Assembly: GCF_006345805.1 (NCBI RefSeq) | Contig: NC_043012.1 | Coordinates: forward strand, 34,472,001 to 34,536,000 | DNA length: 64,000 nucleotides | From: Octopus sinensis | Lineage: Eukaryota | Direction of reading: 5' to 3' | In this document: positions 51,340 to 64,000 of the stretch, in pieces | How positions within the stretch are numbered: position 1 is the first letter of the stretch | Layout of the letters: each line of letters starts with the position of its first letter | Translations under genes and position numbers: made by a program | The notes under the pieces: generated by a model | The model's input: only the letters and a program-made list of their open reading frames with translations | The model's database searches: none | Told to the model about the DNA's origin: nothing

Positions 51340-51396
<57 letters not shown>

Positions 51397-51870
51397 TATA
51401 CGTATACATACATGTATACGTACATACGTGGTGTGCGTATATGTGTGTGTATCGAGTCACTACTACAGGTAAATGTTCTGTAAAATGTTTTAAAACTTCA
51501 AAGTAGCAACAGTTACACGCACACACAGACACGGCAAGCGTCAATGTCATCGTAGAAGCGCTGTTAAAATTCAATTTAAATTAATTTCATGAAGTGTCAA
51601 AAATTTTCATCAACCAACAATGACCTGATCACTGGTTCAGTACCACTGGGCATATATATATATATATATAGATATATATATATATATATTATATATATAT
51701 ATATATTATATGTATATGTGTGTGTGTATATATATGTATATGTGTGTGTGTATATATATGTATATGTGTGTTGTATATATATGTATATGTGTGTGTGTAT
51801 ATATATGTATATGTGTGTGTGTGTATATATATAAATCACTTACAAATAGCACACACATACACACACATAT

Positions 51871-51919
<49 letters not shown>

Positions 51920-52479
51920 GATATATATATATATATATATAAATTTATATAAATAAGGATAAGGTCGTTAATTTAAAAATAAAATAACGATTTCATCAAG
52001 TGGTCTGCATGGAAAAAATAGCCTTCAAAGGTAATAATTATTAAAATTATTAAAATTATAAATTAGGGTATCTACGGGATACCACCATGCTGAAAATAGC
52101 AGCCATGATCTGACTCTAAAACCACTTAAATTGTCCATATATCAACACGGAGAGAAAACAAAGAGACAAGATGAAACTATGTATATATATATATATATAT
52201 ATATATACTACTCAAAGGAATTCAAACTCTGTTTTTGTTTATGTTTTATTTATATTCTTATAATATTAATATAGGACATAGGATATAGAATAAGAAAGAA
52301 ATGAATGAAATGAAGTATTGATTGTCTTATTGAACAAATGAAATATTAAAAATTAAATATATATTCTCATATATATATATATATTATATATATATATATG
52401 GTTTTCACGCTAACTACCTGATAATTTCTTGTTAAGATCCCTTATTAAGAAGTTATCCTTAATTGTTAAATATATATTA

Positions 52480-52527
<48 letters not shown>

Positions 52528-53889
52528 ATGTGTGTGTGAACATATATACAGGCATGCATATACGTATTAAGTAAAAGTTCTCTTCCAAAACAGAGTTCGT
52601 AAAATATCATCAACCAAAAACAATTTTCACGCATTCTTCTGCCTACAGTTTGCTGTCCTTTCGCAGAAAAATAAGAAATACATAGTAGACTTTCTACTCC
52701 TCACAGTCATTTACCTTGTTCACATTTGGTAAACTTTCCTTATATAGATTATATTACTATATTAATATTTGCTTTTATGTTCAGTTATAATAAAAAACAA
52801 TTTTACATCAAGCTGGTGGGTTACTATGTACCCTTGTAGAGTACAAATTTAATATCTTGACTTTAAAGTTTCGGCCAGCTAAGGTATTGTCAAAAAGTTC
52901 CTGTCAACAACATTTTTGTATAAGAATTACACGCACACAAACACATACACACAAACACACTCACACACACAACCATACATGTACCTATATAATGTGTGTT
53001 TTTTATATCTAAAAGCGGCGCTCATTGACTTAAGACAGGAAATTTAAGTATAATATTTAAAACGGATGAGTTGCTATGACATGGAGTTTCATCGAACTTA
53101 ATTACACGCACACACGAACCTCACATGTTTAGGAAAATATTTTTTCACAAGAATTGTGTGTAAAAATATTCTTCTTACACGAAGTACAAAAAAATTAAAA
53201 AGTGTGAAAAAGACAACCTGAAACTGCACTTAGTTTTTGACATGATCTATTAATATTAACCTAGTAGACGCTATCATGATTTACAAAAGTAATTTGATGC
53301 GTAAGGACCTGGGGCCATGTCATATTTGTCACGACTCTGTGAAACCGGTTAAGTAAATGTGAATAAATCTTTATAAAAACTCCAAGTTTATTTTCAACTT
53401 TTCCTTTCTTTCAACACACACACGCACAATGTCTGTACAAAAATACAAATAATTAAACGAACCTTACAACACGCATGCCGAAGTTTACTGTGTAATTGTG
53501 TAATTAGGCTAAAGGTTCAGACAGGAGAAAGTTCTTCTTCAGACGTTCGACACATGTGCACTGTGTTGCTTATCTTTACTTTATATAATTAGAAATAGTT
53601 TATTAATTACTTGTTTACGCATCCATTGATGCGTTTATTGATCCACTCATCTCAATTTTTTAATTAAAAATACTCATCTTACGAGACTCTGTTAATCAAG
53701 TTACAACCTTCCCCTTTTTACGACAGTATGATTTGATGAAGATTTAGCTGCTATTTTTAGCTGATCAATGATCGTGTAGGAAACATTTTGTTGATTCGTT
53801 ATGTGTTGATGTTGTTTGGCACCAGATGAACTGTGGTGAAGCTGATCAGATGTTCATGTTTAATCATTGATTATTGTTTGTTTACTTGC

Positions 53890-54330
53890 TAAATGTGGAG
53901 GGAGGGACAGCGCCCACGACTGAGGTTGATGCTGTTAATGTTTTGTTTAAACTGCTATAGGTCAACACATGGAGGAAAGACCAGCGGGAAGGGGATTCTA
54001 GAGGGCAAATATTCTGAGGATGAAGGATTGGGCATAATGGTTAGTGCCAGCACAGTGTAGATGGTGGCACAGACGAGAGAGAGAGATGAGGTTACCTGAG
54101 TGATGGGGGTACAAGACCACTTAGATCCGAGGAACAGGGGTCATTGGAGTAGTGACATGGAAGACAGAGGAGCAAAGATGTCTGTGGACCAGAAACTAAA
54201 GTGTGACTGTTAGTGATAACGTACCAATCAGTGAACCTTTTCTGAATGCGATCCAGCATGTCAGCGTTCGTAGCAGCGGTACTCCAGCGTGGACCACATT
54301 CCAGTCTCGAAGAATGTTAACAGCTGCTAG
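53890..54330 (-). mobile_element. L2/Crack-like LINE 3' fragment
   Basis: Minus strand DMLDRIQKR...CSSDLSGLVPP...TNHYAQSFILR..L*NPLP, decayed. Confidence 0.6.
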
Positions 54331-54924
54331 CGTAATGTATGGAAAGCAGAATCATTACACACCTGCACATGTATATTTCCGGAAGAGGGGACCCTAGAGT
54401 CTTTCACGTGTGATTTGGCAGGTATTTAAACTAGATCTAACGGTTTCGTTGGATGTTATTCATAAACTTCCATAATCTCAATGTATTATCCTTTATAAGC
54501 TTTCAACAATGTGGTGACCTTATGATCAATGACGAACCCACTTCCCACAACTTCATTTCACTTTCTAAGAATTTATAAACTCAGTTCTGTTATGGACGAA
54601 TATATATATAATGCACATACACATATAACTCTTTTTTGCTGTCAAAAGCAAAAGTATGCAAAACAAGAAGTCCATTACACTACAGTAACAGCCTAATTTA
54701 TGACTGCTTTCTTTTGGAATTGAATGTTTTACTCGCGTGAGTAGGAATCCGTTAGGAGAAATCTCTTTCTGCACAGAAGGGAGGCGCTTACATTCTATTA
54801 TTGTTTTTGTACATAGCATTTCTCGCATAGATATTTCAATATCTTTCATTCAAATTGTATGTATATACATACATGTGTGTGTGTGTGTGTGTGAGCGCGC
54901 GCATACACACACACACACATATAG

Positions 54925-55085
54925 ACGCAAGCGTGGTTGTGTGGTAAGAAACTTGCTTCCCAACCACAGGTTTCCGGGTTCAGTCCCACTGCATGACACA
55001 ATGGGCAAGTATCTTCTACCATAGCCTCCGGCCGACCGTAGTCCTGTGAGTGGATTTGGTCGACGGAAACTGAAAAAAGCCCATC
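54925..55085 (+). mobile_element. SINE family B head
   Basis: gcgtggttgtgtggtaagaaacttgcttcccaaccacaggtttccgggttcagtccc. Confidence 0.85.
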
Positions 55086-55099
55086 GTATATATATATAT

Positions 55100-55800
55100 A
55101 TATAAAGAATACAAAAAATGGGACAAGGACGCAAACCATCCAGACAGTTAGATGATACAAAAAAGGGATAATAAAACACCCAGACAGTTAGAGGATACAA
55201 AAAAGGACAAGAAAAAACAAGGACGGGTCATTCGGAGTTCCAGATTATCTTTGCAGTTTCGGCTGGTTATACTCTAGACTGCTCCAATCAGGCCAGCCCC
55301 ATGGAAAATCTAAGCTACGAACACTAGATTCCTTGGAAGAAAGCAGCGAGTGTATACGAAAACAAGGACGGGAAAAAACGGAGAAATGGTACACAAATAC
55401 AAATGCAAACAACAGAACATTAACAACAGGTGTCTTTCGACTAAGGACGAATTAAATTAAGCTGGCGTGTATGAAAGTGAAGCCTTGCGGCAAGGACATA
55501 ACAGATAACAGGCATGGGAAGGAATATAGATGTTGCACGGATGGTAGTCGAACAAAGAAAGATCGGGCTTGGCCGAACATCGGTCACGTGGAGAGAGAAG
55601 AGAGAGGAAGAGGCAGATGGAGAGAAGGTTTAGGGAGGCACGAGAAAAAACGAAAAGAGATAGAGTGAAGTAAGTACAAAAAATGGGTCAAGAGCGCAAA
55701 ACATCCAGACAGTTAGATGATACAAAAAGGGACAAGAAAAACAAGGACGGGTCATTCAGAGTGGTTATACTCGAGACTGCTCCAATCCGGCCAGCCCCAT
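55100..55800. repeat. Repeat with reiterated ccagacagttagatgatacaaaaaggga units
   Basis: The unit occurs at ~55140, ~55180 and ~55706; the block acaaggacgggtcattc...gctccaatc.ggccagcccc is duplicated at 55218 and 55741. Confidence 0.7.
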
Positions 55801-55802
55801 AA

Positions 55803-55872
<70 letters not shown>

Positions 55873-55904
55873 TATATATTATATATATTATGTATGTATG
55901 TATG

Positions 55905-56170
55905 TATGTATTCGTTTTGCAAGATTTCTGGTGTGAAATCGTGTATTGAAACAGATATTGTTGTATTTTGGGATGGGCACTTTTTCTTACCAAATGAACA
56001 CACGCACTATATATATATTTTCACTGGTTTATTACTTTTTTTATTTTACTGTTTTAACTCATGCCCACTGTTCGCAAATTTTTCGTCACGCATCTGTGAC
56101 CTCTTCAGCAGCACTCTTTGTTTTCGTATGTGTTTTCGTATGTTTGCTCCACTGACTCCATTCTGTTCTT
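55905..56170 (-). mobile_element. Penelope-type terminal repeat with a decayed hammerhead (56070-56112)
   Basis: Minus strand ctgCTGAAGA g gtcac-agatgc-gtgac GAAA aatttg; homologous to 22740-23380. Confidence 0.55.
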
Positions 56171-56567
56171 CCCTATGTTTGTATATATATGTGTGTTTAT
56201 ATACGTATGTATATATACGTATATATGTATATGTATGTATGTATGTATGTATGTATGGATATATATATATACACACATACACATACAATCTCATATTTTG
56301 AGTTCTGTATCTCCTGTTTCCTTTACGAGACAGATCTACAATGTATGTGCGCGTGTGTGTGCCTTCATATATATATAAATATATATATATATATACCTAT
56401 TAGAGGGAAACCACTATGTGGACACCCTTATGCTAGAAATAGATCTGCTATGGTCTTACCATTAAGAAATGTTCTCAAGAAAAATTTATCAAAACAACTA
56501 ATATGTTAGACTGCTGGTGTGAAATCGATGTTAAATTAATATCTAATTTCTCACCCTCATTTTCAAT

Positions 56568-56638
<71 letters not shown>

Positions 56639-56699
56639 ATATATACTACTACACTATATATATATATATACAAATATATATATTTATAAACGTATCTCG

Positions 56700-56938
56700 T
56701 TGCTATTATGTTAAACTGTCGTATGTCCAATTTTGGGCAAATGCGTTTTTTTTTTTCAATATTTATTTTAGCTTGCAATAACCGATTCTTTTGGTCGAAC
56801 TACAGTATCTCCAGCTGAGTCAGATATAAAAAGTTCTCAAAGTGCAGTACAGCAGGTTTACTATAGAATGGTGAAACTATTTTTTCGTCTTTAGAAAAAG
56901 CAAAGTTTTGAATTTACGACAATTTTGCATAGTAGCAA
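56700..56938. mobile_element. MITE with ~24-bp TIRs, copy 2
   Basis: ttgctattatgttaaactgtcgta ... tacgacaattttgcatagtagcaa. Confidence 0.7.
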
Positions 56939-57001
56939 AAATATATACATACACACACACACACACACACATATATATTATACATACATACATACATACA
57001 T

Positions 57002-57078
<77 letters not shown>

Positions 57079-57164
57079 CATATATATATATACGTATATA
57101 TATATATATATGTGTATGAGTGTGTATATGTATATATATATGTGTGTGTGTATATATATATATG

Positions 57165-57545
57165 TGTTGGCTGTGGTAAGTAGCTTGTTTACCAAACCCA
57201 TGCTTCCGGGTTCAGTCCCACTGCGTGGCACCTTGGCCAAGTGTCTTCTACTATAGCCTCGGGCCGACCAAAGTGGATTTGGTAGATGGAAACTAAAAGA
57301 AGCCTGAAGTATATATGTATATATATATGCGTGTGTGTGTTTGTGTGTTTATCCCCCCAACATTGCTTGACAATCGATGCTGGTGTGTTTATGTCCCCGT
57401 CACTTAGCGGTTCGGCAAAATAGACCGATAGAATAAGTACTGGGCTTACAATGAATAAGTCCCGGGGTTGAGTTGCTCGATTAAAGGCGGTGCTCCAGCA
57501 TGGCCGCAGTCAAATGACTGAAACAAGTAAAAGAGTAAAAGAGTA
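57165..57545 (+). mobile_element. SINE family B, full length
   Basis: Head, microsatellite and tail as at 44575. Confidence 0.9.
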
Positions 57546-57629
57546 TATATATATATATATATATTATATGCGTATATATATGTATATGTATATATATATA
57601 CGTATATACATGACAGATCTCTCGTCATT

Positions 57630-57760
57630 AAACCTTTTTTATTTTTTCTCTGTTTATTTGTGTTCCTTTCTGTTGAAGAGCGTGGGCTCGAAACGTAAAG
57701 GACTTTCTCACTTCCCGAGCGTTAAACTAATAAATCTGTCGTTTGTTTTGTTTGTTTTTT
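57630..57760 (+). mobile_element. Short Penelope-type repeat with variant hammerhead-like motif (57662-57703)
   Basis: gttcctttCTGTTGAagagcgtgggctcGAAAcgtaaaggac. Confidence 0.6.
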
Positions 57761-57949
57761 TCTAAATTCCAGCTATATATACATATATATGCATATATAT
57801 ATGTATATATGTGTGTATGTATATATGTATACATATAGATGTATATATGTATGTATGCATATTTGTATGTATATATATGTATATATGTATACATATGTAT
57901 ATATATATGTGTGTTGTATATATGTATATATATATGCATATACGTGTGT

Positions 57950-58403
57950 TAAGTCCTATTTGGGGTGAAAAATCAATAAACTGATTCCTTATGGGGTTTT
58001 CCATTTAATCAGAATTAAAAAAATCGATAAACCAATTCCTTATAGGATTTCCCACTAAAATTGGCTACACCCCATTTTCAACCATAACGTCTTACCAATT
58101 TTGATGTATTTTGTTCAAACTTGATGCCAGCATTGCTTAGGACTCATGGGATCTTTGAATGCTTTTAGTTCTCCAAAAACGAAAAAAAAAAAAAACAGTC
58201 GATGAGTGGGAAAAATCGATAAACCGATTCCTTATGGGATTTCCCAATCAAATTTTCTGCAAAATTTCACCCAAAGGTTTACCAATTTCAACGGATTTCA
58301 CTCAAATTTGACGTCGGCGTTACTTATTTTGCTTTGAAATTAAGAGCTTGATTACCTTAATAATCCTAACTTAATCCCGAGCAAAGCAGGGCTATACTGC
58401 TAG
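57950..58403 (+). mobile_element. Non-autonomous Helitron, 3' end clear, 5' end lost in microsatellite
   Basis: cccgagcaaagcagggctatactgCTAG|T; three internal copies of aaaaatcgataaaccgattccttatgggatttccca. Confidence 0.75.
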
Positions 58404-58862
58404 TATATATATATATACACATACATACATACATTCATACATACATACATAAATACATACATACAAACATATATACATACATACATACATACATACATAC
58501 ATAAAATATATGTAGTTATGTAGTCATATGTAGTGAGTCTCCTCTGACTTTACGTTCTGAGTTCAAATTCCTGCGAGGTGGACTTTCCCTTTCATCCTTT
58601 CGATATAAGATAAAACTAAACATCAGTCAAGAGCTGGGGGTTGATGTAATTGACCCCCTCCCCTCAAAAGCCGTTTGCCTTGTGCTGATATTTGAAACCA
58701 TTATGTGTAACTTTTCTGCAGTACGCCTAGTCAGACAGATAGACATACAGACACACTCACACCCACCCACCCACACACCACATCAACACCCACACACCAA
58801 ATCAACACCCACACACCACATCAACACCCACACACCACATCAACCTCCCACACACATATATG

Positions 58863-58894
<32 letters not shown>

Positions 58895-58914
58895 CAGACA
58901 GACAGAGAGAGGGA

Positions 58915-59218
<304 letters not shown>

Positions 59219-59722
59219 GTAAATCTCATCATTCTGTGTATTTTGTAGTTGAGCTGGCTTAATGTGAAAATGTCGATCCAACATTTCGTACGCGGTCATT
59301 TTAATACACTGTGAACAAGAAGTTATAAAACCTAATTTTTGCAAACATCGAGACTGCTCTTACACTTATTTTATGTTTCATCATCCTTTAGTGCCGAGGT
59401 TCAAATTCTTTGGATTATAAATTGACACCGTTAGATATCTTTAAAACACAGCAAGAAGACGAATGCCATACATTAGTTTTCAATCTTTCAGATCAATGTA
59501 ATATGGAATTAACTCATATTAATAGTTATTAGTATTGTTAACTTTGCTCTTAGATCCTGCAGGAGTAAGCGTGTGGCCAAAGATAATCCACCTTGGTTCT
59601 TGGTGCACCATGTTATTCGCACGGGTCATTTATTTCTAAAACGATAGCATGTAATTTGAAGGCTGTTTGGCTAACAACTCGAACTGGTCGGGTGACCGAA
59701 TAGAAACTCTTATTATTACACA

Positions 59723-59777
<55 letters not shown>

Positions 59778-60752
59778 ACACACACAGACACACACACACA
59801 CTCACACTCACGAATGAGGGAATCATGAGAAATGAAAGGTACTCTTGTGTATTGCGCATGCCCATGAGGAAACCAATGGGAGCTTGAGTTGGGTGAGGCT
59901 GACCTCTGCAAAACTGTTTGAAGACTATGATGGAGAATTTGGTAGATATGATTCTGACCTAGAAACAGGTTAATGATAGAGCTTGCATTTAAGCTGAGTG
60001 GAGATCTCTTGCTGCGTGGTGATTCCTGAAAAGCTGGTGGACCTGCATGCAGGTCATCAAATCGGTTTCGAGCATAACCACTTTCTCATTACAGACATAT
60101 GACTGTAACAGGTTTGGTAGCATTTCTACTTGGGGCCCTCCTATAACTACCTAACCTACAAAATTTTGTTCTACATTTGTTACAAAAAAGTTAAAACAAT
60201 CATTCTTTTAACTATTTAGTTACAAATGTAGCTCAAAATTTTGTTTAGAACCATACCACCAACAGATCCATCTGCATGTATTGTTCCAAAAATTAATTTT
60301 TATCCCAATATGAGATCAGCTCGCCTTTGGGGCCGTCGAAGTTGTATGTCTATAATCATCACATTTTGGTCTCCCGACATGGTCATACTTTTGAAAGTGT
60401 AATGCGGCACAGAGTGCGCAGGCGAGATTATCTTTGGGTCTTCTATCAAAGAGCTTGAACATCCTGTAGTTTTCGGACATTGCCTTTCACTATTAGAAAG
60501 GCAATTCCTTGTTACAGGCTGTCATTCTTTTCTGTTCAATACAAGATATTCCCAATTTTCAAACATTTGTGACGTCATCATTGTCCATTTATTTTTTGCT
60601 TGGGACGCTTACTGAGAACTAATTCCTCATAAAGTAATCGCTTTAGAAGTCTGAAATCATTAAGACTGATGATTTGTCCAACTCATCGCACATATTAACA
60701 TTTATATCTCCGAACACATCCATCCATCCACTCCTGTTAAATCCGTGTATTA

Positions 60753-61567
60753 TCTATTATATAAAATCCGTTCTGCCTGTCTGTGTGTGTGTATTCTAGG
60801 ATCTCGGGCATCCTCCAGCCGATTGCGCTCAAATTTGATATGTAGATACCGACGGTATCAGGGCGTGTATAAGTCTTGAAAAAATTACAAAAATCGATTC
60901 CAGGTGAGAATGCGATCGATAAAGCCGTAGCAACGTGCATTTGTACGTGCAAGTACGTCAGCTGTTGCGATCGATACTACGCGTACGCGAGAAAAATGCA
61001 CGCGCAGTTTGCGCAAAAACCCCCCGGCTGGCTTGAAATAATGCCACAAAATGCAGTATATTTAAGAGACCAAAAAAAGTAAGATGCAAAAGAGATATTT
61101 TCTTCAAACTTGGCATGAAGGAAGGAAAGACTATTTGGTTTCTCAAGAAGGTTTTTTTGCCTTAACTTCGTTTAACAAAACCAAAAGTTTTATTGAAATA
61201 AAGGCATGCTTAATTACTTTTTAATGAAAAGAAAACACTGATTGCTTTTTATTCAAGAAAGAAAATACTATTTTCTTGCTAATAAATGATTTACCATGTT
61301 TGTGTTCTCCCAGTCAACAGCCTTATCATTACTGGTACTTTAAACTCTTCGGCTGCATGTTTGTGTGAATAAAATCGTTTTTCTTTGGAACAGAGAAAAA
61401 AGTCTATCTTTAATTCTTCTTTTGCTGGTGTCTCAAATTTAGGTTAAATCAGTGTTTCTCAAAGGGGAGGCCTATGGGACGGCCGGACAAGTTGTTTTAA
61501 GAAAACTTGGTTTAAATGTTTGACAACTCAGCACCGTCCATTGAACCGGGGGGGGGGCGTTTTGCTC
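60753..61567 (+). mobile_element. Non-autonomous Helitron/Helentron-like element, copy 2
   Basis: A|TCTATTATATAAAATCCGTTCTGCCTGTCTG... start; both ends are homologous to 9328-10152. Confidence 0.65.
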
Positions 61568-61682
61568 GTAACTATATAAACGATTTGTACCTATTTTTGG
61601 TATATTAGTCGCATGGTCATCATGCACTACGCTTAGAATTTCGAATTAATCAGGTGCTGTTCAAACGGTTGAGAATAAAAAT

Positions 61683-61714
<32 letters not shown>

Positions 61715-62224
61715 CACACACAGGCATAAACATAAGCACACATACATACATGTGTGTGCTGCTTTTCAATTTGGTTTACAAGAATTTGGTTTTGAAACCG
61801 TGTATTGAAAACCAGATTGTAGTTTAGCGGCCTGATAATGTGAATAGAACAACGTTTGGAGTAACACCAACCACATCCACCACTAACCAATAACTCAAGA
61901 AGAAGGATTAAAACAAGTTTAAAATCAACTGAAGTCAGCCATCGTACATTATATTCACAAATACACATTCACGGGCAACTTAAATGCCCATGCAGTCTCT
62001 CTTTCTCTCTCTCTCTCTCGCTTGGCAATATTTACACGAATACACGAAGGGAAACAAAATTAGCTCCCAAAAAGAAATCATTGAAGAGACAACAGTAGTG
62101 CTAGGACAAACTTATGACAAATTAATCAATAATTAACTGATTGCTAGATTCGTTAGTAATCAATTAATTAAAACCAGTTAACTAAAATCAGATTTTGTAA
62201 ATTTTACCGCAATATTACTCTCTA

Positions 62225-62395
<171 letters not shown>

Positions 62396-62431
62396 TGCCT
62401 CCCTGTCTGTCTGTATAATCTGCCTGTCTAG

Positions 62432-62502
<71 letters not shown>

Positions 62503-63194
62503 ATTATGTAAACATTCATATATATTAGATATAAATCGTACTAAGTTTATAACTGTTTATCCTCATACACATATATGTGTGCGTCGTCTAAGCTTGCATG
62601 CATACCTTTGTATGTGTGTGTGTGTGAGTGTGTGTGTGTGTGTGTGGTGTGTGTGTGTGTGTGTGTGCATGTATAGTGAACAGCTTCATTGGAAAGACTT
62701 TGAGTGAGCTGTGGTGAAAATGTAAAAAGAAAATGTGGTTTTTATATTTTTTTAATGCTTTATTTGTGACTGCATTAGACAAGATTCGCACATTAGAATT
62801 AGAGATCTCAGCACCATTTTCTAACAGAGTAAAATGAAAATATGTTGAAGTCAATGCTGAAAGATTTCAGCTTATTTTGCCTTTGAATTTGTTTGGAACA
62901 TTGGTTGGTAAAATATATACGCTGTATGCGTTTTAGAGCCTATAAAATTGCGTGAAAGAATGACATTCGGTTAGAATATTTACTTTGCTGAATTTAAAAT
63001 TAATGTGGTTATATCATCACAGATAAATTTATACTCCGAGTAAATGTCATCAGGAATACTGCGAACAAATTGTATTGGATGCATAGAAGAAAGGCGGATG
63101 GATATGAAAACCTACAATTTATACAGCACTGACTATTCTGGCAAATATATATTCTTTAGCCTACTTTGCTTTACTCTCCTAATTAACTCATATA

Positions 63195-63496
63195 ATTGAT
63201 GGTCGAAAGTGTAAACTAATTGACTATTAATCAATGGTTAGTAATAGATTAATTTTCATTTTAATATACCATTAATGATCGAAAGTGTAAACTAATTGAC
63301 TATTAATCAATGGTTAGTAATAGAATAATTTTCATTTTAATATACCATTAATGATCGAAAGTGTAAACTAATTGACTATTAATCAATGGTTAGTAATAGA
63401 ATAATTTTCATTTTAATATACCATTAATGATCGAAAGTGTAAACTAATTGACTATTAATCAATGGTTAGTAATAGATTAATTTTCATTTTAATATA
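63195..63496. repeat. 76-bp tandem repeat, 4 copies
   Basis: cgaaagtgtaaac recurs at 63204, 63280, 63356 and 63432. Confidence 0.95.
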
Positions 63497-64000
63497 GTAT
63501 GAGTCTCTTAAATCAATTATCCAAATTTAGACCAATAACCACTTCTAAAATTAAGTATGCAAGTAAACATTTTGGTTTTATTATGAGAAACATGTTAAAA
63601 TATTTTTGTATATATAAAAAAATAAATAAATCTGCAAATATAATATTACTGTACTTCGCAAATAATTCTGGAATTAGACCGGATTACGCGCTGAAAGTTG
63701 TCCCCTTCCAATCACTGACAATCAAATGGCTTCTTTTTTCCCTAGCATGTAAAAATACTCAAACATTCATTCTTAATTTCTTGAAAGTAAGTCCATTCTT
63801 CAAAGTCGTTTCCAATTGCTGTAAGGCTGTTGTTTTCAGCCTCTCTGTCTCAGCAAAATTTCAATTAAGTAAAGAATATATTACTTGAAGCATTAAATAC
63901 ATCCAAACATATTATCTAAATTCCTAAATTTTTGTTTTATAATATATATATATCTATATATATATAATATATATATAATATATATATATATATAATATAT

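Noticed and set aside
55250-55310. Hammerhead-like three-way junction on the minus strand (ggctgg...ccagcc-GAAA)
   Set aside because: Stem II and GAAA are present but no CUGANGA-like core precedes the stem.
60157-60250. ~40-bp imperfect hairpin
   Set aside because: About 85% arm identity in very AT-rich sequence; most likely an old MITE relic with nothing distinctive.
63499-63888. 129-aa ORF near the window end
   Set aside because: AT-rich, no recognisable motif on either strand; probably chance or a decayed TE.

Overview
AT-rich, microsatellite-saturated eukaryotic DNA. The three tRNA-type SINE families, the (TA)n/(CA)n/(TATC)n density and the LINE repertoire resemble an octopus (coleoid cephalopod) genome; this is recognition from memory, not a database hit. 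Almost all ORFs in the supplied track are microsatellite artefacts or decayed transposon fragments. The identifiable content is mostly mobile DNA: SINEs, LINE remnants (CRE, L1/Tx1-like, R4/Dong-like, RTE, CR1, L2/Crack-like), a Penelope-like GIY-YIG remnant, internally deleted DD37D (maT) Tc1/mariner elements, Helitrons and foldback/MITE elements. Host-gene signal is limited to a few candidate exons. The best is a signal-peptide exon at 50681-50750 (+), which lies head-to-head with a weaker candidate first coding exon at 49036-48964 (-). There is also a locally duplicated, highly conserved 91-nt exon-like block at about 11.5 kb and 14.5 kb. The most notable observations are: (1) a dispersed set of hammerhead-ribozyme-like motifs in Penelope-type repeats, including one family with a consistent non-canonical core; (2) a 398-bp bipartite RTE-derived element with a 13-bp target-site duplication (TSD) nested in a mariner; (3) a near-perfect 134-bp inverted repeat; (4) two maT copies sharing the same deletion; (5) a 19-bp minisatellite carrying p53-type half-sites. 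Coordinates of degenerate repeats are approximate.
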